A stretch of DNA of 24,723 nt from a virus. Taxonomy: Duplodnaviria; Caudoviricetes. The DNA lies in the IMG/VR virus record IMGVR_UViG_3300022407_000924, positions 1 through 24,723 of that record; one strand, written 5' to 3'. A program made the position numbers and the translations under genes. Below are positions 1-8,069 of this stretch, piece by piece (the first letter of the stretch is position 1; the number at the start of each line of letters is the position of its first letter). Below the pieces are notes generated by a model. It was given only the letters and a program-made list of their open reading frames with translations, was not told the origin of the DNA and ran no database searches.

Positions 1-1
1 T

Positions 2-472
2 GTGTCCACAACCACAGGCGCTGGCTCCCCGACCACTGTCAACATCACGGTTTCTGGTTTTGACTACTACGGTCAGGCCATGAGCGAGGTGATTGCGACG
101 GGCACGGTGGCCTCAACAACTGTCAGCGGGAAAAAAGCCTTTTTCCAAATCTCCAGTGTTGTCTCTTCCGGGGCAAGCGTGGTGACCGTTGCGGTGGGTA
201 CAACCGACATCTTGGGTTCGCCACTGCGCATCACCGATGCTGGATACGTTACTCGTGCGGGCTGGAACAGCACCCTAGCCGAAGATGCCGGTACTTTTGT
301 CGCCGCCGCCACGTTGACGGCCACCACCACGACTGGTGATGTGCGTGGTACTTACCTCCCTTCCTCGGCGGCTGACGGTATCAAGCGCCTTGTAATGGGA
401 ATAGCCCTGCCAGCAATTGCAGCAGGCCCGAATGCAACCCGTATTGGCGCTCTTGGCGTCACACAAGCATAA
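2..472 (+). CDS. 5'-truncated phage structural protein (possibly capsid decoration/cement-type)
   Basis: Frame is open from the window edge to TAA at 470-472. Thr/Gly/Ala/Val-rich, beta-strand-like sequence; first gene of the co-oriented structural cluster. Function is inferred from context only. Confidence 0.55.
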   Translation: MSTTTGAGSPTTVNITVSGFDYYGQAMSEVIATGTVASTTVSGKKAFFQISSVVSSGASVVTVAVGTTDILGSPLRITDAGYVTRAGWNSTLAEDAGTFVAAATLTATTTTGDVRGTYLPSSAADGIKRLVMGIALPAIAAGPNATRIGALGVTQA

Positions 473-482
473 GGAGAGCGAC

Positions 483-1736
483 ATGGGTCAATACAAACCA
501 ATGGTCAAGATGGAGACCACCGAGCCCTCAGTTGAGCTGAAACTCAAAAAGGGTGGCAAGGTAGCCAAGAAGGCTGACGGAGGCATGATGGGCTCGCCTA
601 TGAGCGCCGCCGGTGCTATGCCCCCTTCCATGCCCGCTCGTGGCGGCATGATGGGTGCCAAGGCCCCTATGAAGCCGTCTCTGGCCATGCGCCGGCGTGC
701 CATGCGCGGCCGGCCATCCGGTGCCGGTCCAGCGGGTCCGGTCGGTGGCGCTGCTCAAATGCAGCCATCAATGCCGTCCGCTATGCCGCCCATGATGAAA
801 AAAGGCGGTAAGGCTGACACGGCGCAAGACAAGGCCATGGTCAAGAAAGCCTTCAAGCAGCATGACATGCAAGAGCACAAGGGCGGCAAAGGCACAAAGC
901 TGGCCCTTAAAAAGGGCGGCAAGATGGCCACGGGCGGTGTCACAAACGGCCAAGGCGGCTTTAAAAGCGGCGGTATGACCAAGAAGATGGCCACCGGCGG
1001 CGTAGTTAAAGGCGCTGCTGGTTATGCCACTGGCGGCGTTGCCAAATCAAACGGCGGTGGCTACAAAGAGGGCGGTGCCCCAAAAAAAGCCTACGCGGCA
1101 GGCGGGACTGTTAACTCAGGACGCGCCGTTGCAATGCCCCAAGGCAACAAAAAACCATCGCAGCCCGTAAAAACTAACCTCGTTGCCGGCACTTTTAAAA
1201 AGGGCGGCAAGGTCAGAAAAATGGCTGAGGGCGGCGACCCGTTTTCTTTGCTGAGTTCTGAGGAAAGGGATAGTTTAATTCGCGGAGCAAACAATCCGCC
1301 CGAGGTCGCTCTTGATTTTAGTCAAGACCCGAGTTTTCAAGATGGACCACAAGATCCGGTAAATGACTATGATTCAGCGTTACGCTTGAATACTGACCAA
1401 CGACGCGAGAATCAAAGTGATTATTACAACCAAGGCAATGTGGATTCTTATGCTCGGCCAATGTCTATAGAGTTTCCATTTGATGCATCACAGCAACGTA
1501 TTACGCCGCCACCGGAACCAAGTGATTTAACTGCTTTTGAGAAAGATAAGTTTGACCGTGCGGCACGTGAGGATAAACGTCCACCAATGCCGGTCCGTGT
1601 AGATGAGACGGGACGGGGGTATGGGTCTTATATGCGTGAGCCTTCAGCCCCACCTTACTATGCCAGACCTTACAAGGCTGGGGGGAAAGTTGCCCCAATC
1701 AAACGTATGACCGGCGGTCGTTCGGTAAAGTGCTGA
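483..1736 (+). CDS. Low-complexity Gly/Lys/Met/Pro-rich phage protein (417 aa) with repeated [FYML]-[AK]-x-G-G motifs; putative internal head/scaffold-associated protein
   Basis: ATG at 483 follows AAGGAGAG, a better start than 417. Motifs: LKKGG, KADGG, MKKGG, LKKGG, MATGG, FKSGG, MATGG, YATGG, YKEGG, YAAGG, FKKGG, MAEGG, YKAGG. A terminator follows. Confidence 0.7.
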   Translation: MGQYKPMVKMETTEPSVELKLKKGGKVAKKADGGMMGSPMSAAGAMPPSMPARGGMMGAKAPMKPSLAMRRRAMRGRPSGAGPAGPVGGAAQMQPSMPSAMPPMMKKGGKADTAQDKAMVKKAFKQHDMQEHKGGKGTKLALKKGGKMATGGVTNGQGGFKSGGMTKKMATGGVVKGAAGYATGGVAKSNGGGYKEGGAPKKAYAAGGTVNSGRAVAMPQGNKKPSQPVKTNLVAGTFKKGGKVRKMAEGGDPFSLLSSEERDSLIRGANNPPEVALDFSQDPSFQDGPQDPVNDYDSALRLNTDQRRENQSDYYNQGNVDSYARPMSIEFPFDASQQRITPPPEPSDLTAFEKDKFDRAAREDKRPPMPVRVDETGRGYGSYMREPSAPPYYARPYKAGGKVAPIKRMTGGRSVKC

Positions 1737-1739
1737 ACC

Positions 1740-1766
1740 AAAGTGGGGGCTTCGGCCCCTGCTTTT
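1740..1766 (+). terminator. Rho-independent terminator-like hairpin with C(UUCG)G tetraloop
   Basis: AAAGTGGGGGC-TTCG-GCCCCTGCTTTT directly after the stop at 1736; the U-tract is short. Confidence 0.8.
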
Positions 1767-1780
1767 AATTGGAGAAAAAT

Positions 1781-2185
1781 ATGGCTGATGCAGTGACAAG
1801 CCAGACGCTCATAGATGGTGAGCGCACGGTCATTATGAAATTTACAAACATCAGTGACGGCACTGGTGAATCTGCGGTTTTGAAGGTAGACGTGTCTGCC
1901 CTGACGGCAAGCGCATCAGGCGCGGCTTGTGACAGGGTTACAGTCACCAAAATCTACATTGCCAATCACGGCATGGAAGTCAGAATGTTCTGGGACGCAA
2001 CAACGGACGTGCCGTTCTTTCTCTCGTCGCCCGGTGCCACGCAGACGCTTGATATGAGCAACTTTGGCGGCATTTTTAACAACGGCGGCACCGGGGTGAC
2101 TGGTGACATCATGTTCAGCACGGCCGACGCCTCTGCTGGTGACACCTACTGGTGCATCTTGGAGATGGTCAAGGGGTATGCGTAA
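1781..2185 (+). CDS. Phage hypothetical protein, probably a beta-sandwich structural protein (134 aa)
   Basis: GGAGA at 1771-1775 precedes ATG 1781 (MADAVTSQTLIDGERTVIMKFTNISDGTGESAV...). TAATG overlap with the next gene. Confidence 0.75.
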   Translation: MADAVTSQTLIDGERTVIMKFTNISDGTGESAVLKVDVSALTASASGAACDRVTVTKIYIANHGMEVRMFWDATTDVPFFLSSPGATQTLDMSNFGGIFNNGGTGVTGDIMFSTADASAGDTYWCILEMVKGYA

Positions 2186-2463
2186 TGCCAAGCAAATCAT
2201 CTTCCCAGCATCGTTTGATGGAGGCGGTTGCGCATAATCCTGCGTTTGCCAAAAAGACTGGCATTCCTCAAAAAGTCGGCAAAGAGTTTGCCAAGGCGGA
2301 TGAGGGCAAAAAGTTTAAAGGAGGCGGCTTGTATGCGAATATCAACGCAAAACGTGACCGAATTTCTGAAGGCTCAGGCGAAAAGATGCGCCGAGTGGGC
2401 AGCAAGGGTGCGCCAACGGCTGGTGACTTTAAGCAGTCGGCTAAGACTGCCAAAGTGAAATGA
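2185..2463 (+). CDS. Small basic phage protein (92 aa); two halves joined by FKGGG
   Basis: TAATG coupling puts the start at 2185. Lys/Arg-rich: MPSKSSSQHRLMEAVAHNPAFAKK...FKGGG-LYANINAKR...GSKGAPTA. Confidence 0.7.
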   Translation: MPSKSSSQHRLMEAVAHNPAFAKKTGIPQKVGKEFAKADEGKKFKGGGLYANINAKRDRISEGSGEKMRRVGSKGAPTAGDFKQSAKTAKVK

Positions 2464-2714
2464 GCAAAAAGAACGTCAGTCTGGCCATTGGGCGCGGCGA
2501 GAAGTTGCCTGCTTCCAAAGGGGCTGGCCTGACTGCCAAGGGCAGAGCCAAGTACAACGCAGCCACGGGCAGCAACCTGAAGGCACCACAGCCCCAAGGC
2601 GGCGCACGCAAGGACTCGTTTTGCGCCAGAATGAGCGGTGTGCCCGGCCCGATGAAGGACGAAAAAGGCAAGCCAACCCGCAAGGCGGCGGCGCTTGCAA
2701 GATGGAAATGCTGA
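2460..2714 (+). CDS. Small basic phage protein (DUF6321-like, from recall)
   Basis: ATGA overlap. GLTAKGRAKYN..TGSNLKAP, SFCARM and C-terminal WKC motifs resemble a small protein family of aquatic phages; family name not verified. Confidence 0.6.
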   Translation: MSKKNVSLAIGRGEKLPASKGAGLTAKGRAKYNAATGSNLKAPQPQGGARKDSFCARMSGVPGPMKDEKGKPTRKAAALARWKC

Positions 2715-2715
2715 C

Positions 2716-3777
2716 ATGGCCTACTCAAACTCCGTTGGTACAACCGTCATAACGGTCCAAACGCTGATTGATCACGGCGCACGGCGCTGCGGCAAGCTGG
2801 CCGGTGAACTGACCTCGGAGCAAGTACTAAGCTCCCGCGAGTCGCTGTTCTTCCTGTTGTCCAACCTGATCAACATCGGCATCCAGTACTGGGCCATCAG
2901 CAAGAAGGTCTACGGCTTTACGGCTGACAAGGCAACGTACCTGCTCCCTCTGGGCGGCAATGACGTGCTGAACGCCTTGTACCGTTACATGAACCGCCCT
3001 GACGGCAGCTACACCACTTCGGCTGGCGGAACCGTTGCAAACGTCTATGACGGCGACGTAGAGACCGTCTGCACCCAAACCTCGGCCAACGGCAACATTG
3101 CTGTTGACTTTGGCCCGTCCAATCCTATTTTCATCGGCTCCATTGGCTTCCTGCCGGCCTCCAGCGGCACCAAATCATTTATCCTTGAATACTCCCTCGA
3201 CAACGTGACTTGGTCAACCTTGGTCGATCTGGGGCCCATCACCGTGGTGGACAACGAGTGGATCTGGACCGACATTGCCAATGGCCAGACCGTGCCGTAC
3301 TACCGCATCCGGGCCTACAGCGGGACCACTCTAAGCCTACGAGAGTTGTATTTTGGCAACAACAGCACCGAAATCACTATGTCGCGCCTGAACCGCGACG
3401 ACTACACCAACCTGCCCAACAAGAACTTTACAGCTAACCAGCCGTTTCAGTTCTGGTTCAACCGCACCATTCCGCAGAGCGAGATCGTGCTGTGGCCAAC
3501 GCCTCAAGATGCCTTCTATCAGATGACTATCTGGTACTCGCGCCAGATCATGGACGTGGGCGACCTGTACGGCGAGCTGGAGGTACCACAGCGCTGGTAC
3601 GAGGCCGTGGTGATGATGCTGGCTCACCGGATGAGCCTTGAGCTGCCCGGCGTGGACTTGAACCGCGTTCAGTACCTTGAGGGTCAAGCGGCAAAGTACC
3701 TTGCCATGGCCGAAGAGGAAGAGCGCGACAAGTCGCCAATCTACTTTGCCCCGAACATCAGCGTGTACACAAGGTGA
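2716..3777 (+). CDS. Head-to-tail adaptor/DNA stabilisation-type protein with an inserted discoidin (F5/8C-like) domain
   Basis: ATG 2716 lies just after the previous stop. The N-terminal helices (LIDHGARRCG...SLFFLLSNL) and C-terminal LWPTP...VPQRWYEAVVMMLAHRM pattern resemble podovirus adaptors. The central VYDGD, VDFG, LEYSLDNVTW, YYRIR, LRELYF motifs suggest a galactose-binding-like fold. Confidence 0.6.
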   Translation: MAYSNSVGTTVITVQTLIDHGARRCGKLAGELTSEQVLSSRESLFFLLSNLINIGIQYWAISKKVYGFTADKATYLLPLGGNDVLNALYRYMNRPDGSYTTSAGGTVANVYDGDVETVCTQTSANGNIAVDFGPSNPIFIGSIGFLPASSGTKSFILEYSLDNVTWSTLVDLGPITVVDNEWIWTDIANGQTVPYYRIRAYSGTTLSLRELYFGNNSTEITMSRLNRDDYTNLPNKNFTANQPFQFWFNRTIPQSEIVLWPTPQDAFYQMTIWYSRQIMDVGDLYGELEVPQRWYEAVVMMLAHRMSLELPGVDLNRVQYLEGQAAKYLAMAEEEERDKSPIYFAPNISVYTR

Positions 3778-3780
3778 CCG

Positions 3781-4143
3781 ATGGCCATCTTTCTGGACAC
3801 CCTTGGATACTCTGACATTGCGATTGCAATTTGTGATCGGTGCAAGATGAAGCGCCCGCATGCCGTGATGCGCAACGACCCCAACTTGCCGGGTCTCAGG
3901 GTGTGCAACGAGGGTTGTGCAGATGAGCTTGACCCCTACCGCCTGCCGGCTCGCAAAACCGAAAGAATAACAATTCGGTTTCCACGCCCCGACCTTCCAA
4001 TTGGTGCCGGCGATAACTATTTGCTCACGGGCGGCGAGACCAGCGTGTATCAGATCTCAACTGAGGGTAATACCCAGACTCCAACATCTACCGGGAACAG
4101 GGACACCATTTCACCAAACCCGCCAGACAACACGAGCACATAA
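3781..4143 (+). CDS. Small zinc-ribbon phage protein
   Basis: CDRC and CNEGC cysteine pairs, RFPRPD motif; TAATG coupling to the next gene. Confidence 0.7.
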   Translation: MAIFLDTLGYSDIAIAICDRCKMKRPHAVMRNDPNLPGLRVCNEGCADELDPYRLPARKTERITIRFPRPDLPIGAGDNYLLTGGETSVYQISTEGNTQTPTSTGNRDTISPNPPDNTST

Positions 4144-5789
4144 TGTCCGCACAAGTCACTATCCTTCAATTGCCAGCGGCCGGTGCCATTACGGGCACGG
4201 AAGCGGTCCCGGTCGTCCAAAATGGCGTGACGGTGCAGACCACCGCCAGTGCCATCTCCGCCTCCCCGTCGCAGCCTTACACCTACCTGACCGTCAGCCA
4301 GACGCCTCAGTTGGCCAACAGCCGCTACGTTGGTGCAACCAATGGTCTGACGGTGACCGACGGCGGGGCGCAGGGCCTGTTCAATATAACGACCACAGAC
4401 GCTTTATTGTCCTTGGTCAACTCCAGCACCGGCATACAAGTCAAAACGTCCTCTACGGCCCTTACAGGCCGTTCTGTGGCCTCTTCCGGGGCGGGGTTGA
4501 CGGTAACCAACGGCTCTGGTGTTTCTGGCGACCCAACCATTGCCTTGAGCGGTCAAGTAGCAAATTTTGCCAACGCCAGTTTTAATGGCCTTGTGGCGCT
4601 TTCAACTGGTGGCGGCATCACTGCTGCAGTCATCACAGGCACCGCAAGTCAAATTGACGTGGCAAACGGCACTGGGGTCAGCGGCAACCCAACGGTTTCT
4701 TTGGCCACCGACCCCGTAATCCCCGGCAACGGGGGGGTCGTGGTTCCAGCCGGAACAACAGGTCAGCGTGGAACGTCTACGCTAGGAAACTTCCGGTTTA
4801 ACTCAACAACAGGCTTGTTTGAGGGTTACAACGGTGCTTGGACTGCATTTGCATCAGGCTCTGGCGTCACTTCAATTGCGACGGGAACTGGCCTAACGGG
4901 CGGTCCAATTACCTCCACCGGCACAATCTCTCTTGCTGACACGGCTGTTACACCGGGTGCGTACACCAACGCAAATGTGACCGTTGACCAGCAAGGCCGG
5001 ATTACTTTGGCGTCAAGTGGCGCAGCGGGGGGTGTAACGACCTTCAGCGCAGGGACCACCGGCCTCACGCCAAACACGGCTACCACCGGTGCAGTTACCT
5101 TGGCCGGCACGTTGGCTGTGGCCAATGGCGGTACAGGGGTTGTAACAAGCACGGGTACAGGCAGCGTTGTGTTGTCTACCAGTCCTACTTTAGTCACCCC
5201 TGATCTAGGCATCCCGGCAAGCGGCACCCTGACCAATGCAACGGGCTTGCCACTTACCACGGGCGTGACTGGCAACCTACCCGTTACCAATCTAAACAGC
5301 GGAACTGGTGCATCTGCCTCTACGTTTTGGCGTGGCGATGGGGCGTGGGCGGCGGCTGGTACAGGTTCAGTTACCAGTGTTGCCCAGTCGTTTACGGGTG
5401 GCATCATTTCGGTGGCCGGTTCACCAATCACGACAAGTGGCACTTTGGCCTTGACGGTTGCCGGAACAAGCGGCGGCGTGCCCTACTTCACAAGCACAAG
5501 CACTTGGGCTACATCTGCTCTGTTGGCGTCCAACGCTTTAATGGTCGGTGGAGGCGCTGGAGTTGCGCCAAGCACTGTGACTACCGGCACGGGCGTTGTG
5601 ACGGCTCTGGGGGTCAATACAGGCACCGCAGGGGCATTTGTGGTCAATGGCGGAGCACTGGGTACACCAAGCAGCGGCACTTTAACTAGCGCCACGGGCT
5701 TGCCACTTACGACGGGCGTGACAGGCATTCTCCCCATAGCCAACGGCGGTACTGGCACAATCTACGGCGTTGCAGGCGGGACATTTTAA
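4143..5789 (+). CDS. Gly/Thr-rich tail fibre protein (548 aa)
   Basis: Dominated by G/T/S/A/V, with [24 protein letters not shown] and LAVANGGTG fibre-shaft motifs; ends in GGTF. Confidence 0.8.
   Translation: MSAQVTILQLPAAGAITGTEAVPVVQNGVTVQTTASAISASPSQPYTYLTVSQTPQLANSRYVGATNGLTVTDGGAQGLFNITTTDALLSLVNSSTGIQVKTSSTALTGRSVASSGAGLTVTNGSGVSGDPTIALSGQVANFANASFNGLVALSTGGGITAAVITGTASQIDVANGTGVSGNPTVSLATDPVIPGNGGVVVPAGTTGQRGTSTLGNFRFNSTTGLFEGYNGAWTAFASGSGVTSIATGTGLTGGPITSTGTISLADTAVTPGAYTNANVTVDQQGRITLASSGAAGGVTTFSAGTTGLTPNTATTGAVTLAGTLAVANGGTGVVTSTGTGSVVLSTSPTLVTPDLGIPASGTLTNATGLPLTTGVTGNLPVTNLNSGTGASASTFWRGDGAWAAAGTGSVTSVAQSFTGGIISVAGSPITTSGTLALTVAGTSGGVPYFTSTSTWATSALLASNALMVGGGAGVAPSTVTTGTGVVTALGVNTGTAGAFVVNGGALGTPSSGTLTSATGLPLTTGVTGILPIANGGTGTIYGVAGGTF
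5208..5753 (+). repeat. Internal direct repeat in the fibre gene (2 copies of [21 protein letters not shown])
   Basis: ACGGGCTTGCCACTTAC.ACGGGCGTGAC.GGC occurs at 5241 and 5694, 453 nt apart. Confidence 0.85.
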
Positions 5790-5798
5790 GGAACCATC

Positions 5799-6416
5799 AT
5801 GGCACAAACAAACTTCACACCCATATCGCTGTACCACAGCACAACTGCGGCGGCTGTGCCAACTTCTGGCAATCTTGTTGCCGGTGAGTTGGCGCTCAAC
5901 ACGCTTGATGAAAAGCTGTACTTTAAGAACTCCGCAGGTACCGTAAAACTGCTTGCCGCTAATGTCACTCCAGTAGCTAACGGCGGCACGGGTGTAGCAA
6001 ACAATGCGGCAAGCACACTGACTATTTCAGGGTCTTTTGCATCTAATTTTACTGTTTCTGGTGCGTATACATACACGTTTCCGGGGCAGACCTCTTCTTT
6101 GGGTTACCTTAACGTCCCTCAAACGGGGAGTGCAAAAACAGCAAGTTACCCTTTAGTGGTTGGCGATGTAGGTAAATTCGTTGTTCTTGGCACAAGCGGA
6201 ACAGTTGTGATTCCAGCCAGCGTGTTTGCTGCGGGGGATGTCATATCCATAGTAAATAACACTACAGCGGGTATTTCAAATACTAGCTCTGCTATAACCG
6301 CATACCTTGGCGGTACAAATACAATAGTAACTTCTTTTACATTAGCTAGTCGAGGGGTTTGCACAGTTTTATTTGTGACCGCCTCTGTTGTCTTTATTAC
6401 TGGAAATGTATCGTGA
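5799..6416 (+). CDS. Tail fibre/adapter protein with an Mtd_N-like N-terminal domain
   Basis: AAGGAA precedes the [26 protein letters not shown] resembles the GE(L/I)A..D.KL N-terminal trimer domain of tropism-determinant-type fibres; PVANGGTG motif; C-terminal beta-rich domain. Confidence 0.7.
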   Translation: MAQTNFTPISLYHSTTAAAVPTSGNLVAGELALNTLDEKLYFKNSAGTVKLLAANVTPVANGGTGVANNAASTLTISGSFASNFTVSGAYTYTFPGQTSSLGYLNVPQTGSAKTASYPLVVGDVGKFVVLGTSGTVVIPASVFAAGDVISIVNNTTAGISNTSSAITAYLGGTNTIVTSFTLASRGVCTVLFVTASVVFITGNVS

Positions 6417-8065
6417 GTGGAATTATGCTCACAGTTGTCGGTGGCAGCTACGGTGCTGCCCCAGTTAATACTGTGGCCCCCGCAGTTACGGGAACAGCCT
6501 CTGTAGGCTTTACGCTTACAACTACAAATGGAACATGGGCAGGTTCACCAGCACCAACATTTACATATCAATGGTTTAGAAGCCCAAGCACTTCAATTGG
6601 TGGTGCAACTTCTTCATCTTATGTGGTGGTTATAGGTGATTTTGGGTTTGGTATTTTTTGTAGAGTTAAAGCCACTAATGTTATTGCACCATCTGGAGTT
6701 ACGGCTGATTCCAATACCACAGCAGCGGTGACATCAGTCCCGGGCGCACCTACTATTGGAACAGCTACAGCCACAGGAACTACTACCGCAACTGTTGCAT
6801 TTACCCAACCAGCAAGTGATGGTGGGTCTGCAATTACTTTTTACACTGCTACAAGTTCTCCCGATAGCGTTACAGGAACTTTAGCTCAAGCAGGGTCTGG
6901 AACAATTACAGTTTCTGGGTTGACCACTAATACTTTGTATGCATTTACTGTTACGGCTACCAATGCAGCTGGCACAAGTGCAGCAAGTGCGGCAAGTAAC
7001 AGCGTTACACCAGCGCAATTACAACTTTGGACTTGGGGACAAAATAACGCTGGGCAATTAGGACTAAACAACACAACTCAGTATTCATCGCCAAACCAAG
7101 TTGGTGTAACAGTTTGGCTTAATATTTCCGGGGGGCAATATAATACTTTAGCAACCAGAAGCAATGGCACTCTTTGGGCATGGGGTGATGGTTCTTTAGG
7201 TAAACTAGGTCTTGGCAACACTACTTATTATTCTTCTCCTAAACAAGTTGGTGCATTAACCGCATGGTTACACGTGGCAGCATCAAAGTATTTTTCGCTT
7301 GGAACTAAAACAGATGGAACTCTGTGGTCGTGGGGAAATAACAATGATGGTCAGTTAGGTTTAGGTAACACAACTGGATATTCATCTCCAAAACAAGTAA
7401 GTGGAACATTGTGGAGTAAAATTGCTAACGGTTTTAAACACTCTATAGCAACGCAAACAAACGGAACATTATGGTCTTGGGGTCGAAATGCTCAAGGACA
7501 ATTAGGTTTGGGAAACACAACAAGCTATTCAAGCCCAGTACAAATTGGTGCATTAACTAATTGGTCTGTAGTATCTGCTAAATTTAATCAATGTCTTGCT
7601 ATTAAAACAAATGGAACTCTTTGGGCTTGGGGTGTTAATGGTAATTCGCAACTTGGTTTAGGCAATTCTACAAACTACTCTTCTCCCGTTCAAGTCGGTG
7701 CTTTGACTGCATGGATTCAAGTTGCTTGTGGGTCGTATCATACTTTAGCCCTGAAAACCAACGGAACCTTATGGTCTTGGGGAAACAACGTTGGCGGTCA
7801 GTTAGGATTGGGAAACACAACTTCATATAACTCACCAATGCAAGTTGGAGCATTAACCAATTGGTATGATGTTTCTGGTGGGCTTAGGCACTCACTATCT
7901 ACTAAAACAGATGGCACATTGTGGTCTTGGGGCCGAAATGGTCAAGGTCAACTAGGCTTGGGTAACATTACCTATATGTCCTCCCCCAACCAAGTAGGCG
8001 CTTTAACAACTTGGATAGAAGTTTCGGCAGGATACCGTTTTTCTACCGCAACCAAAATTCCGTAA
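6413..8065 (+). CDS. Putative receptor-binding/adhesin protein: Ig-like + fibronectin type III + 7 RCC1 repeats
   Basis: GTG start in a GTGA overlap (MSGIML...). Ig-like [12 protein letters not shown]...TYQW...CRVKATN; FN3 VPGAPTIG...DGGSAIT.Y...GLT....[14 protein letters not shown]; seven LW[TAS]WG.N..GQLGLG blades. Confidence 0.85.
   Translation: MSGIMLTVVGGSYGAAPVNTVAPAVTGTASVGFTLTTTNGTWAGSPAPTFTYQWFRSPSTSIGGATSSSYVVVIGDFGFGIFCRVKATNVIAPSGVTADSNTTAAVTSVPGAPTIGTATATGTTTATVAFTQPASDGGSAITFYTATSSPDSVTGTLAQAGSGTITVSGLTTNTLYAFTVTATNAAGTSAASAASNSVTPAQLQLWTWGQNNAGQLGLNNTTQYSSPNQVGVTVWLNISGGQYNTLATRSNGTLWAWGDGSLGKLGLGNTTYYSSPKQVGALTAWLHVAASKYFSLGTKTDGTLWSWGNNNDGQLGLGNTTGYSSPKQVSGTLWSKIANGFKHSIATQTNGTLWSWGRNAQGQLGLGNTTSYSSPVQIGALTNWSVVSAKFNQCLAIKTNGTLWAWGVNGNSQLGLGNSTNYSSPVQVGALTAWIQVACGSYHTLALKTNGTLWSWGNNVGGQLGLGNTTSYNSPMQVGALTNWYDVSGGLRHSLSTKTDGTLWSWGRNGQGQLGLGNITYMSSPNQVGALTTWIEVSAGYRFSTATKIP
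7024..8050 (+). repeat. Seven ~50-aa RCC1 repeats (beta-propeller)
   Basis: LWTWGQN, LWAWGDG, LWSWGNN, LWSWGRN, LWAWGVN, LWSWGNN, LWSWGRN, each followed by G.LGL.N.T..(S/N)SP.QV/I. Confidence 0.9.
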
Positions 8066-8069
8066 ACAC

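Noticed and set aside
1080-1090. A7 run (CCA AAA AAA GCC) as a programmed -1 frameshift
   Set aside because: The -1 frame stops about 8 codons later, while frame 0 continues with the conserved YAAGG motif; Lys-Lys codons explain the run.
5799-8065. Diversity-generating retroelement target (Mtd_N-like domain)
   Set aside because: No reverse transcriptase and no template/variable repeat pair differing at adenines was seen in the window.
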